A stretch of DNA of 63,657 nt, counting the filler, from Reticulomyxa filosa (Eukaryota > Protista > Foraminifera), in assembly GCA_000512085.1 (NCBI GenBank). It is 22 parts of 22 records of this genome, joined end to end, with 100 filler letters (N's around TTAATTAATTAA, not from the genome) between each part and the next. Parts side by side here need not be neighbours in the genome. Positions count along the whole stretch, not along the records: positions 36,362 to 46,244 come from ASPP01009106.1; positions 46,345 to 47,383 come from ASPP01017538.1; positions 47,484 to 49,109 come from ASPP01038626.1; positions 49,210 to 50,214 come from ASPP01049848.1; positions 50,315 to 53,116 come from ASPP01023461.1; 17 more parts are not named here. One strand, given 5' to 3'. Positions 38,129 through 50,371 of this stretch are shown piece after piece; within the stretch, counting starts at the first letter, position 1; each line of letters starts with the position of its first letter. The translations under genes and the position numbers were made by a program. Under the pieces are notes generated by a model that saw only the letters and a program-made list of their open reading frames with translations, searched no databases and had not been told where the DNA came from.

Positions 38129-40061
38129 TCATCGCAGACCCGGTTCAGTGTTGCTGGCATCCACATTGTTGCGATTGCATAAATTCCGACATTTTATGCT
38201 CAAGCTATATTGTTTTTTTGTTTTGGGCAAATGTTTTTGCAAAAAAAGGATGAATATTTGCAGTAGATGTAGACAGGGCTGCATGTATCAATCTACTACC
38301 TTGTACATAATTGAGCGATCAGAGCTTTATCTTTGTCCCGAACGGAAGGTATAGCACCGTATGCGATAGCATTGCACGTGCCCTAGGATTTAATTACAAA
38401 AACAAGCGACTCATAAAAAAGTTTGCTTCGCTATAAACAACAAAAAAAAAAAAAAAAAAGTATACGTATACATATATTGAAAAGTACCAAAAGACTAGCT
38501 GTGAAAATATCCAAAGCAGCCAATGCAAAAGGAGCAGTGTGTCCACTGAAGAGTTGATACAACTCACGAACGGTGGCGGACAAATAGCAACAAAACAAAA
38601 TGATTGGATAGAATTGAATGCGAAGAAGCAGCCCACCGCCATGGCCATGATCTTGCGATGGACGTGAAATGGCCGAGCCCGTAGTAGTAGTAGTAGTAAT
38701 GTTAGCGTTGGTTGCAACAGGAGTCGCAATGGTAGTAGTGGTGACAGCAGCAGTCGTTGCTGTTGTTGTTGTGGCAGTAGTTGTAGTAACAGCAGCTGTA
38801 GTGACGCCATTAGCACCACTACCAACAACAGCAGCATCAGTAGTAGTCGTTGTCGTGGCATTTGCATCTCCAACAACAAAATCCGAAAACTTGGGCTCCG
38901 TGTAAGCAGTTTCTTCGTCCGAGTGTTGTCTTTGATGCTGTGGATTCACAATATCCGAGTCGGAAAGCTGCGTCGTCGGAAGAACGGTGGGAGCTGCACC
39001 GCCATTCGTCCCAACTTGTGCTTGCAATTCCACTTGTGTTTTGATCTCGTTGACATCATTATTGACACTGACATTGACATTGGTATTCACATTTGCGGGA
39101 CGAGTGGTACCTCCTGTTGCAACCCCTTGTGGTGATAAAACATTGTCCTTCACACTTTGTCGGATGATATTCAATTTGTCCCATATTTTGCAATAGACAC
39201 ACATCATAAACAATATTGCTGTCCATAGTGGTGCGTAGAAGCATGTCCACCTCATTTCCTTCCCAATGTCCGTGTGTGCATTTATCCAGCACCTATTGCA
39301 ACATCACACATCGCGCCCTTTTTCACGAGAGGGCGAAACGCATGCAAACAAGTACCTTCACTTAACACTCCTCCAGAAGCTCCGTACGTACTCACAGGTA
39401 CCACGCTGAACAGTATGGCCAGGGTTACTTTTTTTTTTTTTTTTTTTTTTGTTCCACATCAACAATTCAATTATCACACACACACAACACAAATCAATTG
39501 AAACGTTTTGTTTTTTTTATTATATATATGTGTACATATACATATATTATTTTTTTATTTTTTTTGCCAAGTACGCATACCCAAATTATAAAGTTCATTC
39601 GAAAATACCAACGTTCTGTATCAATTGGAGTAATTGGGCTGTCTCGTGACAATATTGTATAAATTCTATAACAGTTATTATGTCATGTTGGGTTTTCTCG
39701 GACTTATTTTGAATTCTTACAAAACAATTTTTTTAAAAAAAAAACTTAACGTCCACGCAATGGCAGTTACCCAACCAAAAGATATCATATTTCCAAATTG
39801 AATAGTTATGGCTTGGATGAAACACAATGGGTTATTGTGATCCTTTGGCGACCCCATAAAGTTACCAATTCCATTGATAACGTCCCCCACAGCCACAAAT
39901 AACACCAGTTTATACGCAAATGTTCTCAATTCAGGAAACAAATAATAGTTGGAAATAATAAATAGAGCACCCGACACGGAACAAACACTTGCCGCCACGT
40001 TAAGTCCTGTTAATATATCTCTTTGATGCTCAGAGTAATCTATTTCACTCCATCTTCCCAT
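38129..40061 (-). CDS. GPCR of the GCR1 / Dictyostelium cAR-like family
   Basis: ELRTFAYKLVLFVAVGD; LCFIQAITIQF..SFGWVTAIAWTL; CWI..FYAPLW; RIQFYPIIL; ALDIFTASLL spliced to GTCNAIAYGAIPSVR. All parallel GCR1 motifs. Long Thr-rich ICL3. The last exon (stop at 38129) is less certain. Confidence 0.88.
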
Positions 40062-40498
40062 TTTTTTTTAAATGAGTATGTTAGATTTTCAACCACTCGT
40101 TGCTCGAATAAAGAAATGATGATTAAAAAAGTAAAGGGAAAAAGTTGTATATTTAAGAAAACCCAAACTGTCGTTAACAAAGAACCGGATTTTGTAAAAT
40201 TTCGCTTTGACATGTTATGTTGTACTAGGCGTTTAATCTAAGTTTTTTTTTGCAAAAAATCAAAGCAAAGATAGAAATGACTAAGAGCAAAAGCAATTTA
40301 CTGTTGTAATAGAACTTGTGACAGATAATTACCCAAATACACCGAATGTTGTTGATTTTGAGATTACTTAATACCCAGACTGCCTAAAATTAAGAATGGC
40401 AAGCTGTACAGTTCAAAGCAACAAAACACGCAGTCTGTGCTCTAGGTGAACTAGTAAAGGAGACACTTTGTTTTAAAAGGAAAAAGGAATTGCAAGAG

Positions 40499-41158
40499 AT
40501 GATAAGCAAGGTATACGGTGTGTCAGTATTTATAGTTGGAGCGGTAGCTATTGGAGTTATCCTCATCGTGATTGGCTGTACGGTTTGGTATTGCCGTCGT
40601 CAGTACAACCAAAACATGCGTGCCGCTCGGCATATGAGACATACCCTTGAAGAATGTAGGTTTTTTTTTTTTTTTGCAACAAGCAGAAAATTTTTTGTCA
40701 GATATATTAATTGCTTTGCTCAAATATGCGACTCGGCTCTCTGATGTACAAAATTTTTTTTTGAAAAAAAAGAACCTCTTTTTTTTAAAAAAAAACCAAA
40801 ATATAAACACAACAAAGTGCATTCCCGTAAAAGTAAAACGTTAGAAAATCCAAAGCCAGATATGGTAGTGACAGTGGCCAACGAAGCAGGTGAAGAGCTA
40901 AGTAGCAACAAATCAGGGAACAACAATACTACCAACGGTGGTGGCAATCCCACGGGGGTAGAGATGTTGCGTCAAGGAAGTATGAATGGCAGCAGGTTAG
41001 CAGTGGACAAGACACAATCGGTGCAAGTGTATACTGCCACAAGGGGTGCAAGTTCAAGTAATGTGCATTCGAACGTAGGCAATGAGAACAATAATAATAA
41101 CAACAACAGTAATAACAATAACAGTAATAATGGCAGTAATAATGGCAGTAATAATGGC

Positions 41159-41189
<31 letters not shown>

Positions 41190-44053
41190 ACAATAACAAT
41201 AACAATAACCAAGCGGACCAAAAGTATGCAACATTAAAAACAGAAAATAAAGAAAGCACACCGTTGGCTAGCCAAAGAAAAAGTCGTGGTTTGTCTGAGT
41301 CAGCAAATGCGACCAAAAACAGTGTCGGAAACGTATTGAAACAAAACTCATCTGCAGAAGTTGGATATGCTTCTGGGGATGAAGACGAGGAGGGACAAGA
41401 AGAAGCAGACGCGGATGTAGAGGAAGACGAAACAGTTGCAACTGCAATGGCAATGGCAGCAGCAATGGAGAACAACAACAACAACAACAATGACGATGAG
41501 AACAATAACAAAAAGAAAAAAAAAAGAAGAAAAAGATAAAGAAAAAAGCAAATGAACGCGAGCGTAAAAATGACAATGGAATGGAAGTCAATAACAAGGA
41601 CACAGAGAACATTGACAATAGAAAGCGGTCCAAATCGAAAAGCAATACAATGTCCAACAACGTGAATGCCAACGATAACACCAAAGAAAATAGACAATTA
41701 TCGAACGAATATTCGCCCCGTGGAGACATGTCTTTTCAGGTGGAGGAGAAAAAAGAAAATGACATTAATCCTTATAATCCATCTCCAATGCCTGTTGTAC
41801 GTCAAAAAAGTACTACCGAATCCTCTACTGCGGCGAAAATAAATACAAGTTCACTTTTTTTTTTTAAACTAAAAAAAAAAAAAAAAAAACCTGTGTGATG
41901 TATGTACATATCTAATGTATACTTTATATACTATTACACTCGCGTATATGCGATAGAAATGTCCATTGACAAATCGTCCCCACGGCCGACAGCTTCGGCC
42001 AATGCCAAAACACCTCCACCCTATGCACAGCCTAGCTCTCCTCGAGGAGGGACGACAGGAGCGCTTCCTACGTTGGCGGCCACGGGGGGCTTGGTCGTGA
42101 AAGAAAAAGAATCAGTGCTGATGAACATGGATGTTGCCGAAGTCCAGGAACTGCAAGCTCGAAGCCAGAGACAAATGACAGGAACCCAAGACCCGGGTGA
42201 TGCGCCTGTCCAAAAAACGGGACAAACCCTTAAACAAGCCATTGCTGCTTCGCAAAGACAAGCCTCGAATTTTGTGAACCGAATGACTGATGCGCCCGTC
42301 TACGATCCATCCAACGATTATTCACAACAACCTGTCCTTAACGTCAGCTTCCGCATTCCGGGACCTGGTGTTGCTGCTACGCCTCCTGCCACTTTCACAT
42401 CGACACCTACTACAGAAGACGAAAGGCATAGACGGCCCACAAAACAACGGAAAAAAGCACATCGAAAGCAGACGACCCAAAAGTTAAAAAACATAAACAT
42501 ATTACATAAATATATACATATATATGTATTTATGTATATGAATATATGTGTTACATTTATAATTTATTTTTTTATTTTTATTTTTTAAAAAAAACACTTT
42601 TGAAATTGATCGATTGCAGAGGAGTGCCACCTCCACCAAACCAACCACCGGCAGAATATGTAGATGGCTACGATTCGGACGAAAGTATGTATGCACCGCA
42701 ATTCGCAAATAACAATAATCGCAGTAATCGAATGTTTTCGTTAGACGACTCAATGCTGCAAGGATCGCAAAGAGACATGGATGCTGCATTTGAACAACTT
42801 AAGACAGAAAAAGGGCTTGGACATTCCAAAAAAAGATTGGTTCCTCAAATGCAACTCGGCTTGCCTGACAAAGAAGGTGAACTAACTGAAGCCGAGTTTT
42901 ACCAAAAATATTGGATCGAGGCTGGGAAGCTCGGCGAAGGCTCTTTTGCGCGTGTTCGCAAAATTACTCGCAAGCATGATCGACGACCTTTTGCACTCAA
43001 AGTCATCAAGAAAGCCGGTAAATCAAAAGAAGATTTGGAAGCACTGCAAAAAGAAATTGATATTTTACGAAAAGTTTTTTGTTTGTTTATTTTTTTTTTT
43101 AGCATAGTTTGAGAGAGAAACAAAAATTTTTTTTGAAACGTACAAAAAACAAAAAACAAAGCTCAAACACAAAAATGTGGTGCGATTAACCGATTGGGTG
43201 GAAACAAAGAAACGCATTCATATGGTGGTGGAGTTTTGCAATGGCGGAGATGTGTTTGAACGTATATTGAAACAAAAAACGTTCAGTGAATGGGAAGCTA
43301 GCTATGTGGTCCAACAAGTAGCAGAGGGATTGGACCATATTCATTCAAAAGGGATTGTTCATCGCGACTTGAAACCAGACAACTTGATGTATCTAGATAC
43401 CTCACCAAAAGCAGAAATTAAAATAATAGATTTTGGATTGGCCGGGGATTGTTCAAAGTCATCTTTGAAAACACCTTGCGGAACGGCTCATTACGTAGCT
43501 CCAGAAGTATTGTTTGGAATCCCATATGACACTCAAGCTGACATGTGGTCATTGGGAGTGATCATCTACATGTTGTTGTGTGGATTTCCTCCTTTTTTTG
43601 ATGCTACAGGAAATCAAAAGCGATTGTATCAATTGATTAAAGCAGGAAAATTCCGATTCCCGAGTCCTTATTGGGATTACATTTCCGATCAAGCGAAAGA
43701 TCTTATTAAAGGATTATTAACCAAAGATCCAAAAGAGCGTATGAGCGCAGCACAAGTGCTTGCTCATCCATGGGTAGGAGTTAAGTCAATGAAAATTGTC
43801 GACAACTTTCTTTAGCGTATGTTGCATTTATGATCTATTTTTCATTATGGTAATTGTCTCACTTAAATAAAACTTACGTAAACAGGGCAAAGCTGTCAAA
43901 AAAGAAATGAGCGATTTGTATATGAGCCAAATGAAATTTTTTCAGTCTTCGAAACAGTTCACAAATGTCAAAATTGGAGAAGAAGAGGCACAAACAGAAC
44001 AAAAATCAATTAATATCTTTGCTAATCAAGAATATGCGTACAATTACGAGTGA
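40499..44053 (+). CDS. CaMK1-like Ser/Thr kinase with N-terminal transmembrane anchor and long low-complexity linker
   Basis: Kinase motifs LGEGSFARV, ALKVI, HRDLKPDN, DFG, TPCGTAHYVAPE, DMWSLGVI, FPSPYWDYISDQAKDLI. Exons 40499-40655, 40818-41848, 41957-42482, 42620-43073, 43162-~43779 and 43886-44053 join in compatible phase, apart from one A-run frameshift at about 41510-41533. Confidence 0.85.
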
Positions 44054-45135
44054 ACAAACAACCACTGTGCTCTCGCTCACTTTCATCAACAACTAAATAG
44101 ATGATTTCGTTTGTTTTTATTTTTTTGACGTTTCGGTTCGCATTTATATTACGGCTTTGGCTTATGTAAAAATTTTACTGTTTGTTTTAGTGTTGTTCTA
44201 CCCGTTTAAAAGAGCTATAGAATAGTTATGTTTTTCTTGTGGTTATGTGTTTGAGATGGAATGACAGCAAAACAAACTTTAAGTGACATTTTGTTTCACT
44301 ATTTTTTTATTTTTTTTTACATCCCTCATTCCATTATCACAGCTTTACCAAAAAAAAAAAAAAGACAATTGAGGGTATTGTTCTTGTTTCGAAGGACTAA
44401 TTTTTTTCTTGTTTTTTTGTTTGTGTGCGAATTTGTTTTTTATTTAGGTTTTTCCCTTTGTTGAACGGTATGAAATGTGATCGTGGTTTTCATTCCATTT
44501 GTATCACGAGCTCATTGTCATGCTTCTGTTGTGCAAGCAAAACGCAAAATACTTGTCATAAAACATATGTCAATAGGTCATTTACAAATTGTCTTTATCT
44601 ATCCAACGACAAAAATAGCTCAATCATTTCACACACCAGTATTATAGAGTTGTGATTTCTAATTACCACATTCATGATGGACATTTTCAAAATACTGAAC
44701 ATGAGGGTATGTTAATGACAACTACTTTGGGACAAAGTAAACTTACTTAAAAACAAAAGTTGAAAATAGTGGGATGTGCTAACTGCACTTTAATCTGCAC
44801 AAAGTGTAATACGAAAAATATTATTCTCTGAGAGATTTTCTAAGAAAAACAGGATAGTAAGATCAAAAAGACAACAACGTGATATTCTTGTTATTTCTCC
44901 AATTGCAATGAAAGATATACATTTTTTTGTAGTAAATTTTCCAAAAAGCTCACCTTGTTCTACTAATCAGTATTAACTTGTCCTACGTATGGCAATGATG
45001 TTAAATTTTTGTTTAATATCGGCTTGTTTCTTGAATAAAGCAAATATTTTCAAAGACGTGAACATTATGCTAAGCAACAAAAAAAAAAAGCGATGTAAAA
45101 AAAAAACATGGTGAACGGACAAAGGTTGGACGAAC

Positions 45136-46076
45136 ATGCGAAGAATCCAAAGATCCAAGCAACAAATTGTTGGTCCTCCTGGGATAGCAGCCTCTTCTCA
45201 AGGGAATTCAATGAAGCTGATATTTATTTGCTTGTTCGGGCTGTTTCTGTTTTGCGCTGGGGAAGCGTACCTGGTTTTGAAATGTAAACAAAAAGAATGT
45301 ATTTATTTATTTTTAAAAAAAGGAAGTAAAAGTTTGAAAAAACAACAAAGAAATGACAAATGTGACATTAATACAAAGTCAATCAGGCAAAAAAAGGATT
45401 GCAACCAGAACCTCTATTATCAGATACAGGATTGGCGAGAGAACAAAGACAATCAGTTTCAACGAATGAAAACATGACAACAAAAACGTTGGAGAAGAAG
45501 GAGCCGAAAACACAGTTGGGAGTGGTGAAACCAGCATGGCCAATGATTGAAGACAGCTGTGAAAGTGTATTCGGAAACAGCTTTTCAGAAAAGCTATTGA
45601 GTTGTTCAACGACGACACAAAATGAAGAATTTTTCAGATGTTTTCAAAACAGTGTCAGCAAAGCCATGTATTGCAGAACCACGAATTTGATCATCAACAC
45701 GAATGCAATAGTCATTCCGAGTGTCGGTGGAGAAGACATTGAATCGGTGGTCAATCGCAATGAAGATGACGAATATCCTCGATATCGCGAACAATCTTTT
45801 CTTACTTGTTGTCCCCTACCCCAAAACGAGGCCATTCCCACACGTAGGGACTTTACATTTTACCAGCACGATGTTCTGTCGGCCATTCAAAAATCCAATC
45901 AACTCGTCACATCGGATCAATATCTTCAGCTTCGTCGCTTGCATTGTCACACTACCAATCGGATTTTTCTTTTCACCACACGATATGAATATGCCAATTT
46001 ATATCACACCGCCACGGATTGGTACAATATGTTTCAAATCATTCGAACTTTGGGTATTGACAGATATTCCTTCCAA
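45136..46076 (+). CDS. GT61 glycosyltransferase resembling plant N-glycan beta-1,2-xylosyltransferase, 3'-truncated
   Basis: Type II anchor LIFICLFGLFLFCAG; CESVFGNSF; SVGGEDIESVVNRNEDDEYP; TRYEYANLYHTATDWY. These parallel plant XylT motifs (CExYFGNGF, SRGGE..GR.EEEELP, TRFEYANLFHTVTDWY) as I recall them. Confidence 0.8.
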
Positions 46077-46204
46077 GTATATCAATATACACATATGCAC
46101 ATATACATATATATATATATATATATATTTGCATATATGTATATACATATTACACATATATGTAAACATTTATTTTTGTATTCCAGATAACATTATATTT
46201 CTTC

Positions 46205-46244
<40 letters not shown>

Positions 46245-46366
46245 NNNNNNNNNNNNNNNNNNNNNNNNNNNNNNNNNNNNNNNNNNNNTTAATTAATTAA
46301 NNNNNNNNNNNNNNNNNNNNNNNNNNNNNNNNNNNNNNNNNNNNTTTTTTTTTTTTTTTTTGTCAC

Positions 46367-46499
46367 CTGGCAAATTCTCCGGATAAATGGACGAACTCAA
46401 AAAATAGTCACGGCGAAAGTTGGTATAGGCTGTTGCTTGCGCATTGAGTGCTGTCCAGTAACACGCAAACAGAGACAATGCCAACCAAAAATGCATCAT
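46367..46499 (-). CDS. First exon of a secreted protein
   Basis: Signal peptide MMHFWLALSLFACYWTALNA, with a probable donor before the contig end. Confidence 0.5.
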
Positions 46500-47351
46500 T
46501 TTTTAGAGTTTTTTTTTTTCTCTCGCTTCACGTCTTTCTTCCCGTTCAAACTTTTTTTTAACTCAAAGTGAAAGTTTCACTACAACGGTTTGCGCGTAAT
46601 TCCGTCATAAAACGCTTTTTTTAATTTTAAAAAACTCCTTTGTTGAAGGAAACAAGTACGTGTAACTTTTAATTGATGTTTTTCAAGCATAATTCTAAGA
46701 AACTGCAATCCCATTTATATTTGACTTTCTCGTTGAAAATAGAATTGTTGCGGGTAATCACTATAACAATTTGTTACGATCAAAAAGACAAGAATAAGTT
46801 GTAGACTAAAAAAAGCTTTGTGAACATTTGAACATTTCCCCTTGTTTTTTTTGGAATTAATCATGTTGTTAATCCTCTTGTGTTGGATATTGTTCCAAGG
46901 GCAAACAAATGCCGCAGTTGCAACATTTTCAGTTGCAAATACAGGTATTATTTGAAGGCTGTGTTTGTGTGCAAGAATTTGCCACTGCTTTTGTTAGAGC
47001 ATATCCTAGAAAGAGAGAAAAAAGAAAAAAAAAGGGGAGAAAATGGCTCTATCATATCATAGCATAGTACAAAACAATTTGTGTTATAGGTATATCAGGG
47101 ACAGTGACGATCACAAACCGTCAAGTGATAGTGAATTTGAACGTGAGCCAAGTGAACCTAACCGCGGCCAAGCTGTCATCAGATTGCTTTAAAGAGGGCG
47201 TGCGCTACCATGTGCATTCCAAATGGAGTTATCACGACAATAACGATCGAATTGGCTCTGATGCTTGTGGAAGCGGTTATACCGGTGGCCATGTATAATA
47301 ATATATACATATATATATATATATGTATATGTATATATATACATATATATG

Positions 47352-47383
<32 letters not shown>

Positions 47384-47483
47384 NNNNNNNNNNNNNNNNN
47401 NNNNNNNNNNNNNNNNNNNNNNNNNNNTTAATTAATTAANNNNNNNNNNNNNNNNNNNNNNNNNNNNNNNNNNNNNNNNNNNN

Positions 47484-47789
47484 GTTGTTGCGATTGTTGC
47501 AGTTGTTGCGGTTGTTGCGATTGTTGCGGTTGTTGCGGTTGTTGATGTTGTTGATGTTGTTGATGTTGTTGATGTTGTGTAGGAGGTGGAGGATGTTGTA
47601 ATTTTAGAGTCCCCAACAACCATTCATCCAACACCATCATTTCTTTTTCTTCAATCGTCATCTCTTTCCGCTGTCCTAATGACTGCAATCGTGGTCGTCG
47701 TTTGATCTGTCGTCCGACTATGTTTTGTGAAAGTGTGCTTGTGTATTTGTACAGAAAAAACTTGCAGAAATCATACCGTTGTTTGACAT
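47484..47789 (-). pseudogene. Gln-rich hypothetical family member, paralogous start to the 4767 locus
   Basis: MSNNGMISASFFC start followed by a stop, then DEWLLGTLKL and (QQHQ/QQPQ)n in another frame. Confidence 0.35.
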
Positions 47790-48805
47790 TTTTTTTTTCT
47801 TATTTTTTTTTTTCCAAAATTAGTTTATTGTTGTTGTTGTTGTCTTGATTGATGTCACAGACTTTTTTTTTTTAAGAATAGGTCCCTTTATCTCTTCTTG
47901 TTTGTTGCTTGTGAATGTGTGTGCCAGTGTAGACTGTTTGTCTTGCAGTCTCTTCTCTCTGTTTTCTCTTTCTTTTTTTGTTGTCTCTTTTCACTCCTGT
48001 TGTCTTTAAGTTAGCAAAACTTGGACACGAACAAAGATATATTATTCATGCAAATAAAGTGCAAGTGGAAAAATCAAGTAAATGAGTTATGTGGCAATTG
48101 TTCTGTTTTCTTTTTGTTCGAAGCTTCGAGTTTACTTTACAAAATTGTTGCACAGTCTAAGCAACTCAATGCTACACCTTTAAACTCGTCAAAGAGATGA
48201 ATGCCGATATCGAAGCAGAATATACAAGCCAATATAAATGTTTCGAGTGAACAGATGATTAACATAAACGATCAGAAGGTTTTTTTATATGTACTTTTTT
48301 TTTTCCTTTTCGAGTTTCTTCATTACTTTCTCATAAACATAAGTAAGACCCTTTTCATATTCTGTGTACGATTTCTTGATAGCATTATCCAAACCTTTAA
48401 AATAATTATTGTTTAAAAATAGGTTGTGCTGTGTACTGCTTGAGATCTGTTTTAAGGCGCTAAGGCCATTATCAAAATGTTCTTTCGAAACGGAATCACT
48501 ATTATCAGCAGAAAAAAAAGCATTGATTTTTTCGTTTGATAACTCACTTGCTATTTCTCTTATATTTTCGAAATTGCTATTTTTGCATTTGTAGACAAAA
48601 AAATTTGCTATAATCATTCTCCAAGTCTGCCTTTTTAGAGTTATATTGTTGTTGTGCTGTTGCGTGTGCTGCGTTCATTAGCTTGTCATGGTCCTCTTTT
48701 ATCAAACGTAATTGTTTGTTGAATTCCTAGTCCATTTACCAACAACAAAAAAAAGTATATAAATACATATGTACGTATAATATCATATCAATTTAAAAGA
48801 AAATT

Positions 48806-48991
48806 CTTGGCAAATTGCATTTGATTGACTTAACTGAGAGATCTGGAGCAGTTGATGAACGAATGACAGAGACAAGGAACATTAATCACTTTTTGTCCGC
48901 TTTGCGCAATGTTATTGCCGCCATTCGTAATAAAGATACTCATGTACCTTATCGAAACAGTAAATTGACTTTTTTGTAACAAGATTCTTTG
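48806..48991 (+). pseudogene. Kinesin motor-domain pseudogene fragment (kinesin-14-like)
   Basis: Manual translation: [71 protein letters not shown] is intact, switch II AGSER is deleted and there is an in-frame TAA. Confidence 0.85.
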
Positions 48992-49852
48992 GATGAGTTT
49001 CGTTTTGTAGTTTAGAAATAATTAATAGATTGTTTTCTTCTTATTTATTATTACAACATTTTTTAACAAAATATAAAATAATTTAATATCTCTTCAATTA
49101 GTAAATATCNNNNNNNNNNNNNNNNNNNNNNNNNNNNNNNNNNNNNNNNNNNNTTAATTAATTAANNNNNNNNNNNNNNNNNNNNNNNNNNNNNNNNNNN
49201 NNNNNNNNNTTATTGTGGTTTTGTAATCAAGAATGTAAGTATTCTTTTTTTTATAAAATCAATTACAACGTAGCAATAATTGAAGAACAGAAATACTATA
49301 AAGATACAATGCGTAAAAGTACAAACAAAGTAAAAGGTGATATTAAATCAAATGCATTGAATGGATCATCGCAATCACTCAGAATTGATGAACTTACTCT
49401 CGAAACAATTGAAAGTTCCATATGGGTTAGATTTATTTTGACACTAATGTATTTCATTGTCAAGTCATCTCTTCTTTGTCTCATATTTCTTAAATTGTAA
49501 ATTATTGAACATCCATTTGGAAAGATAATTATTTTTTGTTTAAGTATTTGAATTTGAATAACACAACACAGTTGTATGATTTTTGCCTCAACAGTTTGTT
49601 TAATACATTTTGTCATCAAAATCAATTTTGAAAGTAAAGAGTCAGCATGATGATTAAAAGTGTAAATGAAAATACTGATCTCACACTTTTCCTTCTTTTC
49701 ATTCTATCAAAAAAAAATATCATCTTCAATTCAAAGTTACTTTTAAATTGGGGTTGAATTTGTATCACTTTCATTTTAATATATTTATTGAAAAAAAATA
49801 TTAAAAAAGCTCACATTCACTCAAAGTCAAATCAGCCAACAAGATGTCTTCA

Positions 49853-50214
49853 CTATCCCCAAATACGAATTAAACCATTAGATGAACTGTAACACAAATT
49901 AATACCATAACCAATATCATCATTGATTTTTATCTTCTTTTTATATTTTTTTAATTGTAAAAACTTCAAACACACTATTCCTCCATCTTCATCATCTCCT
50001 TTGATCACATATAATTCATCCTTATTTGATCGAATATCCCAAAAACGAATTGTATTATCATCTGATCCAGAACACATCACATTTGAATTATCAATACTAT
50101 TCTTTATTACAAATGGTGAATATTCAACAACATTCACCCAACGTTTATGCCCGTTGAACACTCGAATCTTTTCACCAGATCGAATATCCCACAAACGAAC
50201 ACTTTTATCTTGTG
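49853..50214 (-). CDS. WD40-repeat protein C-terminus, paralogue of 13818-15134
   Basis: VEYSPFVI..CSGSDDNTIRFWDIRSNK.ELYVIKG..NLCY..GLIRIWG is nearly identical to the first copy. Confidence 0.9.
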
Positions 50215-50314
50215 NNNNNNNNNNNNNNNNNNNNNNNNNNNNNNNNNNNNNNNNNNNNTTAATTAATTAANNNNNNNNNNNNNNNNNNNNNNNNNNNNNN
50301 NNNNNNNNNNNNNN

Positions 50315-50353
<39 letters not shown>

Positions 50354-50371
50354 TATAAAGCAATGATATTA

